Shown piece after piece: positions 1 to 6,323 of a stretch of 32,000 nt of DNA (its first letter is position 1; each line of letters begins with the position of its first letter). The notes under the pieces were generated by a model, which was not told the origin of the DNA, did not search any database, and was given only the letters and a program-made list of their open reading frames with translations. The stretch spans positions 2,940,001 to 2,972,000 of the forward strand of contig NC_002937.3 of assembly GCF_000195755.1 (NCBI RefSeq), in the 5' to 3' direction. The stretch is from Nitratidesulfovibrio vulgaris str. Hildenborough. GTDB taxonomy: Bacteria; Desulfobacterota; Desulfovibrionia; Desulfovibrionales; Desulfovibrionaceae. Both the position numbers and the translations under genes were made by a program.

Positions 1-170
1 TCCAGGATGTCCTCTGCGGGATAGGGTCCATCCGCTGCCAACTCCCCCACTTGGAACAGGTGGGCATACGCAAGCGAGGCCGCGAAATCGCCCAGACCAA
101 GAGCAGGATGCGCGAGAAGGATGCTGGCCAAGGTCACGGCTTCTTGGGCTGAAGGAGTGTACGAGTGCAT
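1..170 (-). CDS. hypothetical protein, N-terminal part only (runs off left edge)
   Basis: ATG at 170-168 opens a minus-strand frame with no stop down to position 1 (MHSYTPSAQEAVTLASILLAHPALGLGDFAASLAYAHLF...). A G-rich stretch lies 6 nt upstream. It sits 70 nt downstream of the HTH gene on the same strand. No domain recognised. Confidence 0.25.
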   Translation of the reverse strand, partial: MHSYTPSAQEAVTLASILLAHPALGLGDFAASLAYAHLFQVGELAADGPYPAEDIL

Positions 171-239
171 CAAAGCCCCCTGAGGCTAGACGTTGTGCTG
201 CACATGGCGACGCTCGAGAACAACAGAACAGCGCCGCTG

Positions 240-512
240 CTATTCCGGCTGCGATTGCTGCACGCGGGGCTTGGGCCCTGTCTTGAGGTCGCAAGGCGTA
301 GGAAGAAGCTCGACAGGCACACCAAGGCCCAGCAACGCCGCATGACGCCGCGTTGGCATGGTCGACTGATGGCACAGCTTGGAAACGGCATTGGGGGTTA
401 CATCAAGCTCACGCGCCAGCGCAGTGAAGGTAATCCCCTTGCGCTGCATCCAGATTCGAAGACGCTCTTGTCGTGAAAGATGAGTTAGGTTAGTTGGAAT
501 AGACGATTGCAT
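240..512 (-). CDS. small Cro/XRE-like helix-turn-helix regulator (90 aa)
   Basis: Internal ATG at 512-510 is preceded by AGGAGG (complement of 521-526) with an 8-nt spacer. The product MQSSIPTNLTHLSRQERLRIWMQRKGITFTALARELDVTPNAVSKLC... carries a classic HTH. The longer track ORF 240..944 would run antisense through the CI-like gene. Confidence 0.7.
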   Translation of the reverse strand: MQSSIPTNLTHLSRQERLRIWMQRKGITFTALARELDVTPNAVSKLCHQSTMPTRRHAALLGLGVPVELLPTPCDLKTGPKPRVQQSQPE

Positions 513-595
513 GATTGCGGCCTCCTGATTCGTTGCTGACAGGCTATGTCGCCGTTTGTTTGCTACGTATCGTGCGTTAAGTTCGTCTATAAAGC

Positions 596-633
596 AAGAA
601 AGCGTCATTTGGCAACAAGGAAACGTCACTTGA
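596..633. promoter_or_regulatory. two 17-bp direct repeats, 21 bp apart (candidate operator pair)
   Basis: AAGAAAGCGTCATTTGG (596-612) and AAGGAAACGTCACTTGA (617-633) match at 13 of 17 positions. They lie two helical turns apart in the divergent HTH intergenic region. The second repeat covers the probable RBS and TTG start of the CI-like gene. Confidence 0.4.
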
Positions 634-1055
634 ATCAAACTTTCGACACCGTCGTTTTCACTGCGCGCCTGAAATCTCTTGAGAGTGCGCTCGGAAGCAC
701 ACGCAAAGTGATTGCCGAACGACTGGATATCCGCCCGCAAACATTGAAGAGTTATATTGACGGTGCGGCTCTTCCTAACGCCAAGGTTCTTGCTTCGATC
801 ATCAGTGAATTTTCCGTGAACCCCTACTGGCTCCTGCTCGGCTCTGGCGAAATGTTCGCTAACGAGACCGCTAGAGCTGTGAGCACCGAGCAAGACCCGG
901 TGTTGAGACGCCTCGAAGGTGTCGAAACCATGCTTGTTCGTCACGGCGCATCACCAGAGGAAATTCGCGACGCCCTACGCATGGCGCTCCGCACATTGAC
1001 TGCCGCCGGTGCCGATGATGAGGTGTCAGAAAAGCCCGAAGCCGCAGTCAGTTAA
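630..1055 (+). CDS. phage CI-repressor-like HTH protein
   Basis: ARLKSLESALGSTRKVIAERLDIRPQTLKSYIDG followed by NPYWLLLGSGEMF is the signature I associate with the phage CI repressor N-terminal HTH family. TTG at 630 has AAGGAA 7 nt upstream. The track start ATG 546 is the alternative, but it adds 28 aa that read like translated operator DNA. Confidence 0.7.
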   Translation: MNQTFDTVVFTARLKSLESALGSTRKVIAERLDIRPQTLKSYIDGAALPNAKVLASIISEFSVNPYWLLLGSGEMFANETARAVSTEQDPVLRRLEGVETMLVRHGASPEEIRDALRMALRTLTAAGADDEVSEKPEAAVS

Positions 1056-1092
1056 ACGTCGATTGCGAATCCTTCGGGGCGGTGGAAAGAAA

Positions 1093-1121
1093 GTGCCCCC
1101 TGTCCGGGGGCATTTGTTTTT
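1093..1121 (+). terminator. rho-independent terminator after the CI-like gene
   Basis: Stem TGCCCCC (1094-1100), loop tgtcc, stem GGGGGCA (1106-1112), followed by TTTGTTTTT. Confidence 0.7.
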
Positions 1122-1167
1122 GGTCAGGAAGAAGTGAACACTCGCCATTAGAACAGGGAGAAAGAAT

Positions 1168-2241
1168 ATGGACTTTCGCGAGCGCATCTACACCTTGGCG
1201 GCCCGGATCGCAGAACTGCGCGCCCACACCATCACGGAAGAGGCAACCAAGAACGCCCTTATTCTCCCCTTCCTGCAAGCCCTTGGCTATGACACCTTCG
1301 ACCCGCGCGTGGTCATCCCCGAGTTCACCGCAGATGTGGGAACGAAGAAGGGTGAGCGAGTGGACTACGCCGTCATCCGCGACGGTCAGCCGGTCATGCT
1401 GATAGAAGCCAAGTGCTGCGGTGCTCCGCTCGACGCTGGCAAAGCAAGCCAACTGCTCCGATACTTCCACACGACACATAGTGCTCGCATCGGCATCCTC
1501 ACCGACGGCGTCGTGTACCAGTTCTTCTCAGACCTCGACCAGCCCAACGTCATGGACCAGAAGCCGTTCATGACCTTCGACTTCGCCGCCATCGAGGACG
1601 CCCTCATCCCTGAGCTGAAGAAGCTAGCCAACGATCGCTTCGACATCGAGGCGACCCTCTCCGCCGCGCAAGATTTGAAGCACATCCGCCAGTTGAAGAA
1701 GAAGGTCGCGGACGAATTCGCGACCCCTTCCGACGACCTCGTCCGTTACTTCGCCAAGGATGTGCACCACGGACAGTTCAGGGCCAACGTCGTTGAAGAC
1801 TATCGTGAGAAGCTCAAGCTCGCCTTCCAGCACCACATCAACGACATCATCAATGAACGGCTCCAGACCGCAATGCAGGGCAACGCTTACCCCGAACCCT
1901 TCGAGAAGCCGGAAGAAGAACAGGCCAAGCCCGTGGAGAAGGTCGTAGAGACGACTCAGGAAGAATGGGAAGCCTTCTACGCCATCAAGTCCATCCTGCG
2001 TGATGTGATTGCGCCTGAACGCATCTTCATGCGTGACGCCCAGAGCTACTGCGCCATCCTTCTGGATGACAACAACCGTAAGCCCATCTGCAGACTGCAC
2101 TTCAACGGCAAACAAAAGTACATCGGTCTATTCGACGAGAATAAGAAAGAGACTCGTCACCCAGTGGATGGCGTTGATGGATTGTATGCCTTTACAGAGG
2201 GATTACGAGAAGGGGCTGGGCGACACGATGACACTATTTGA
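1168..2241 (+). CDS. HsdR-N-terminal-type PD-(D/E)xK nuclease domain protein with uncharacterised C-terminal half
   Basis: RBS GGGAGA lies upstream of the ATG. The N-terminus EEATKNALILPFLQALGYD...PEF...ERVDYAV...PVMLIEAK...IGILTDGVVYQFF matches the type I restriction enzyme R N-terminal (HSDR_N_2-like) E/D/ExK nuclease core. Residues from about 130 to 357 are unassigned. Confidence 0.75.
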   Translation: MDFRERIYTLAARIAELRAHTITEEATKNALILPFLQALGYDTFDPRVVIPEFTADVGTKKGERVDYAVIRDGQPVMLIEAKCCGAPLDAGKASQLLRYFHTTHSARIGILTDGVVYQFFSDLDQPNVMDQKPFMTFDFAAIEDALIPELKKLANDRFDIEATLSAAQDLKHIRQLKKKVADEFATPSDDLVRYFAKDVHHGQFRANVVEDYREKLKLAFQHHINDIINERLQTAMQGNAYPEPFEKPEEEQAKPVEKVVETTQEEWEAFYAIKSILRDVIAPERIFMRDAQSYCAILLDDNNRKPICRLHFNGKQKYIGLFDENKKETRHPVDGVDGLYAFTEGLREGAGRHDDTI

Positions 2242-2312
2242 CATCGGGCTACAAGAGAGGCTCATGTCGCCTATTCTCTAAACAACTAATTGTATCAAAA
2301 GAGGGAAATGGT

Positions 2313-3650
2313 GTGGTCAAAACTGTTAATTGGCGAGACTTACTTGAGCCTCAGACAAAAATACGAGACCCACTTTACGGCTATATTTGGGTTACCGACG
2401 ATGAACTTCAGATCATTGATACCCCCATTTTTCAGCGTCTTCGCCGAGTAAACCAACTTGCACTGACAAAATATGTATATCCAACGGCTGAGCATTCACG
2501 CTTTGTGCATTCCCTCGGAGCAATGCATTGTGCGACACAAATCTTTACAGGAATCTTAAATAATACACATTCGTATCATGGCATACGAGCTATAGATTCA
2601 GCTAATATGCTTAGACGATTACGGTATGCTGCACTTTTACATGACATTGGCCATATCGCATTTTCGCATGCAGCAGAGAAGCTTATTCTTAACCCTTTGC
2701 AACATGAACATCTAGGGCAATTCATCATTGCCAATTATTCTCCTATATCTTCTATTCTCGGAGAGCACATCAAACCTGTCATAAGCATTTTGGCTGACAG
2801 CGTTACCCAAGACAACAGGCTGCTCCATCAAATCATATCGGGCCATCTTGATGCAGACAGAGCAGACTATCTCATGCGCGATTCGCATGCCTGCGGAGTC
2901 AAATACGGAGAATATGATTTTGAGCGCTACATGCAGGCATTCGGGGCTATAAACGAATCCAATGAGCTAAAACTGTTTGTCCACGAGCGCGACATATTCG
3001 TTATCGAATCATTTCTCGTAGCTAGACATCACTATAACATGCAAGTTCCTTACCATAGGACACGAATGGGGTACGACATTATTCTTGGTCGATTCCTTAA
3101 AGAATTTCTACCCAAGTGCGATGATGCCAAATTAGGCCTAACGGTTGAGGAAGGAGCATACACAAAGGTTGACCTTCAAAAATTTGAATTTTTTGATGAC
3201 TACTCCGTTTTCAACCACATCAAGCACGAGGCTCGTACGGGCAATCTCTGGGCAAACATGCTACTCCGCCAAGGACACCTATGCCCTGTCTACGACACGA
3301 CAGACTCTGTTGATCGGGGAGGAAAAGTTTTCAAAAAAATTATTCGCCGGCTTAAAGCGAAAAACTTCGTCGAAGATGATGACTTTTTCCAATGCCGCAA
3401 AGAGATCACGGCATCGAAGCTAATATCTACGGATGAAAAGGAAAATTCACTCGCTGACACAAGCCGAGAGACCATTTATGTGCGCACCAAGAGTGGAAAG
3501 CTCGTTGACATTGTCAAGCACTCGAATATTGTGCGCGCCCTACGCCCGGTGACAATCTACAGGATTTATACTAGTCAGAAACGTAAGTCCGAAGCTGAAG
3601 CGGTAATAGCCGATGTCTGCCGCAAGACTCAGGTCGACAGGAGGGGATAA
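2313..3650 (+). CDS. SAMHD1/EF1143-type HD-domain phosphohydrolase (putative dNTP triphosphohydrolase)
   Basis: The H...HD...D signature is present: RFVHSLGAMH, AALLHDIGHIAFSH, GHLDADRADYLMRDSHACGVKYG. The N-terminus reads IRDPLYGYIWV...IFQRLRRVNQL. GTG 2313 has AGAGGGA 6 nt upstream. The track start at 2238 is a TTG overlapping the upstream stop (TTGA) and remains an alternative. Confidence 0.85.
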   Translation: MVKTVNWRDLLEPQTKIRDPLYGYIWVTDDELQIIDTPIFQRLRRVNQLALTKYVYPTAEHSRFVHSLGAMHCATQIFTGILNNTHSYHGIRAIDSANMLRRLRYAALLHDIGHIAFSHAAEKLILNPLQHEHLGQFIIANYSPISSILGEHIKPVISILADSVTQDNRLLHQIISGHLDADRADYLMRDSHACGVKYGEYDFERYMQAFGAINESNELKLFVHERDIFVIESFLVARHHYNMQVPYHRTRMGYDIILGRFLKEFLPKCDDAKLGLTVEEGAYTKVDLQKFEFFDDYSVFNHIKHEARTGNLWANMLLRQGHLCPVYDTTDSVDRGGKVFKKIIRRLKAKNFVEDDDFFQCRKEITASKLISTDEKENSLADTSRETIYVRTKSGKLVDIVKHSNIVRALRPVTIYRIYTSQKRKSEAEAVIADVCRKTQVDRRG

Positions 3651-4175
3651 ATGGCTGACCAAAATGAAGCAATCGTTTGCGAAATGCTACGAGCGATGCA
3701 AGCGAAAGGTGTAGAATTAACCAAGATAAACCTCCAGAAGACAGCTTTTTTCCTCAAATCTTGGGGCGTATCACACGGCTTGCGCTTTAAACCTTACACA
3801 TACGGCCCCTATTCGAAAGACTTAGCCAAGCTACTAGACGACTTGACATTCTGGGACAGCCTCAAACTTGACACTAAAACCACCTACAGCATCGTGGATC
3901 TACCTGAGCATCAACTCAGCGAGCAAGATGCAACACGAATCAGAAATTGTGTTGACGCTCTCTATGACAACATAGCAGGGTCACGAAATCCTGATTTCAA
4001 TGAAATGGAAGTACTAGGAACTGTCCTCTACTGCCGCAACGCTCTTCTCGTTGCAGGTGAGGAGCCGACCGAGCCTGAGGTTATTAATCAGTTCAAGGCG
4101 TGGAAGGGGCAGGCCTATACCGACGAGCGCATTGCTGACGCCCTCAGACGAATAGAAAACAACATTCCTCAGTAA
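3651..4175 (+). CDS. small DUF4065/Panacea (SocA/GepA)-like protein
   Basis: The ATG immediately follows the HD-gene stop TAA (3648-3650), and AGGAGGGG lies inside the last HD codons. INLQKTAFFLKSWGVSHGLRFKPYTYGPYSKDLAKLLDDL resembles the DUF4065 core (KLQKLLY...W.yGPv...Y). The gene itself is solid; the family assignment is tentative. Confidence 0.5.
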   Translation: MADQNEAIVCEMLRAMQAKGVELTKINLQKTAFFLKSWGVSHGLRFKPYTYGPYSKDLAKLLDDLTFWDSLKLDTKTTYSIVDLPEHQLSEQDATRIRNCVDALYDNIAGSRNPDFNEMEVLGTVLYCRNALLVAGEEPTEPEVINQFKAWKGQAYTDERIADALRRIENNIPQ

Positions 4176-4200
4176 AACGAAGACTTTTACTTAACATTAT

Positions 4201-4236
4201 GAAAACGGCATCCCATCACACCGGGGTGCCGTTTTC
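4201..4236. terminator. bidirectional hairpin terminator between convergent genes
   Basis: GAAAACGGCATCCC / 8-nt loop / GGGGTGCCGTTTTC forms a 14-bp stem with one G-U pair. U-rich runs flank it on both strands. It sits between the stop at 4175 (+) and the stop at 4284 (-). Confidence 0.7.
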
Positions 4237-4283
4237 ATTCTTGACGGTCAGACAAATAGAAAAGTCAAAAAGCCATCAGGAAA

Positions 4284-4985
4284 TCATGTCGCGTTCCCGC
4301 CCCCCCCTTTCCGACCCCGCACATGGTATGCATAGCCTTCGTCCCCTTGAAATTTTTCAAGAAACTCATATTTATATTTGCAACGTTCTAATGCTACGTA
4401 CCCCCCCACAATGATGGCGAAGCCAGGAATGAGAAAGATGAGTTTATCAAAAGGAAAAGCAATATTTTTACAGTCCTGAGGATCCGACAGAACACTAAAT
4501 GATATACATAAATATGAAACAAGCCAAACAGCAGCAACCACTAAGCTCACCACCTGATTGATTTTGGATACAGAGTAGGGGGCACATTCAAGATGTCCCT
4601 TCGCATCATCCTGCCTGATTACTACCTGATACAACTTGCCATGCACATCGCCTTCCACAAGATCTACATGGGCCTCCCAGTTTTCTTGCCAGAATTTGCT
4701 TCCCTGCGAGCTACGAAACCAAGCCCAAGAAAGAACAAACCCAAGCCCACACACCAACAGCTTGAACCAGTCTGGATGCGGATATTTAGGATTCATGCTA
4801 GCGATAAGAGCTGCCCCAATTGTTGCAGTGAATCCCCAGAAATATATAGCTCGCTTCCAGTATAACTCTATTTCGAACTCTCGAGTTGCCCACGATCTTT
4901 CAAGCAACTTCTTTTTTAGCTCACGGTCAGAATCATCGTTCTCTTCAAGGCAACAGTCCTTCTTTATCACATCTAAATACTTCAT
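4284..4985 (-). CDS. four-TM membrane protein, unknown family
   Basis: Four hydrophobic helices: AIYFWGFTATIGAALIASM, WFKLLVCGLGFVLSWAWF, VVSLVVAAVWLVSYLCISFSVL and LIFLIPGFAIIVGGYVAL. The N-terminus is acidic and charged. The ATG (4985-4983) shares one nucleotide with the EcoRII-like stop (TAATG). The gene is AT-rich. Confidence 0.8.
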   Translation of the reverse strand: MKYLDVIKKDCCLEENDDSDRELKKKLLERSWATREFEIELYWKRAIYFWGFTATIGAALIASMNPKYPHPDWFKLLVCGLGFVLSWAWFRSSQGSKFWQENWEAHVDLVEGDVHGKLYQVVIRQDDAKGHLECAPYSVSKINQVVSLVVAAVWLVSYLCISFSVLSDPQDCKNIAFPFDKLIFLIPGFAIIVGGYVALERCKYKYEFLEKFQGDEGYAYHVRGRKGGGGNAT

Positions 4986-6184
4986 TAGCTACTCCACAAA
5001 TTGGCTTGAGCCATTCCTACGAACTCTCCAAGAGAAATCAGCTCTTCACGCTGTGCATCCTGAAACGAAGACTGAATCCCTCGCGGGATAACAAGCTGTA
5101 CCGCGTGATCGACCATTTCAGTCGTCTGTTGCACACTTATTCCGGGTTCAAGTGTCAGAAGATGCTTGCGGCTTACGCGGGCGGCTTCAGCCAGCACCTG
5201 CCTCCAGCGATCCTTGCAGGTTGATTTGACAGCCAGCATGCGAAGCTGGTCCTGTGGAAAATTCGTCTGGTGATACTCGCTACACCCAGGAAAAATGAAG
5301 TCGGGCTTTGAATTGTTCTCGGTGCGGCACTCCCGCGTGTAGGGTACGCCCCAGTCCTTGAGCACCTGCTCGACATGATTCTCCAGCGCCTTACCCGCCC
5401 TGGCCTTTCGTCGATTGAGCACGCTCAGGGCATACCCCGTAAAAGCGTCCACATCCTCGCCAAACCCTTCTCTTAGCCGTTGGGCAACCAGATGCCGTTC
5501 AAACATCCGGAACAGTCTCTCCTCCTGTTCGAACCACGCCACGAGAGCACCATCCGGATCATCTAGCGAACTGACATGAGGGAGTGAGTCGCGGGCATAC
5601 GTTGAAAATACGGCTGTAGGGGGAAAAGCAGAACCAAAGGTAGACAGCAGGTGTTCCAGTTGACCATCATCACCGGCAGCCGCAATTTCCACTCCCAATT
5701 CTTCAAGGATGTAGCTTCCGGCAAAACCGATGTCCTGCTCAAGCAACTCAGGCGAAGCAACCGCGTAGCCGCCATCTGCAGCGGGAGAAAGACCAAACAG
5801 CCAAGATAGCTGGCTTTCACCCGTGGTCCCCGCTGCTCCGATGATCACCAGCATGGAGCCATCCTCGCGTAGTCCGAAGACAATCATGTCTCCCTCGCGG
5901 GCCTCGGTCATGACTTCACAGGGTGGGAAGTACAGGCGATATTCCGTCCGTGTAGCATGGCGTTCCCTTGCATCATACCACGTAAGGGAGCCATCACAGG
6001 CGAGAGGCGACTCGTCGTCACCCAGAAGGATGAAGCGGGCAGCCAGGGTTCTCCGGTCATCCCCCAGCATATTGCGAAGCGCAGCCACACCATTGAACTC
6101 ATGCTGGTTCGATCGGGCAGGTTCGGCTTCCACGGCCCGCAAACGCTTGGCGGCCACGCAAAGAAACAGATCTGACAAACGCAT
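4985..6184 (-). CDS. type IIE restriction endonuclease, EcoRII family
   Basis: The N-terminus has SNQHEFNG (EcoRII-N effector domain). The C-terminus reads RRKARAGKALENHVEQ...KPDFIFPG...LAVKSTCKDRWRQVLAEA...KHLLTLEPGISVQQTTEM (EcoRII-C catalytic domain). At 399 aa it is full length. Confidence 0.9.
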   Translation of the reverse strand: MRLSDLFLCVAAKRLRAVEAEPARSNQHEFNGVAALRNMLGDDRRTLAARFILLGDDESPLACDGSLTWYDARERHATRTEYRLYFPPCEVMTEAREGDMIVFGLREDGSMLVIIGAAGTTGESQLSWLFGLSPAADGGYAVASPELLEQDIGFAGSYILEELGVEIAAAGDDGQLEHLLSTFGSAFPPTAVFSTYARDSLPHVSSLDDPDGALVAWFEQEERLFRMFERHLVAQRLREGFGEDVDAFTGYALSVLNRRKARAGKALENHVEQVLKDWGVPYTRECRTENNSKPDFIFPGCSEYHQTNFPQDQLRMLAVKSTCKDRWRQVLAEAARVSRKHLLTLEPGISVQQTTEMVDHAVQLVIPRGIQSSFQDAQREELISLGEFVGMAQANLWSS

Positions 6185-6323
6185 ACCGTAACCATCAGTT
6201 GTTAAAGACTTATCTTACACTCGCTATTGGGTTACGATACAAACCTGAATCATGCAACTACAGAGATCGCCTCCCATCTGAGTGCTTTTCTTGTTGCGAG
6301 CTATGCCGTAAGAGCCTTCCCAT

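Noticed and set aside
165-476. 103-aa plus-strand ORF and 73-aa minus-strand ORF (170..391).
   Set aside because: Both overlap the well-supported HTH gene in other frames, and their products are Arg/Leu/Ser-rich with no features.
513-944. N-terminal 144 aa of track ORF 240..944 (-).
   Set aside because: This part runs antisense through the CI-like gene and has no domain. A perfect AGGAGG-ATG at 512 defines a compact 90-aa HTH protein.
2242-2280. Imperfect hairpin AGAGAGGC...GCCTATTCTCT just after the nuclease stop; considered as a terminator separating it from the HD gene.
   Set aside because: The stem is bulged and not followed by a U-run. It cannot settle whether the HD gene starts at TTG 2238 or GTG 2313.
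4199-4414. 71-aa plus-strand ORF.
   Set aside because: It starts inside the terminator hairpin and runs antisense into the membrane-protein gene. It has no RBS and no domain.
6187-6236. 7-bp inverted repeat CGTAACC / GGTTACG in the divergent R-M promoter region; considered as a controller (C-protein-like) operator.
   Set aside because: The arms are only 7 bp with a 36-nt spacer, which is roughly the number of such matches expected by chance in a 140-bp region. No C-protein gene is present.
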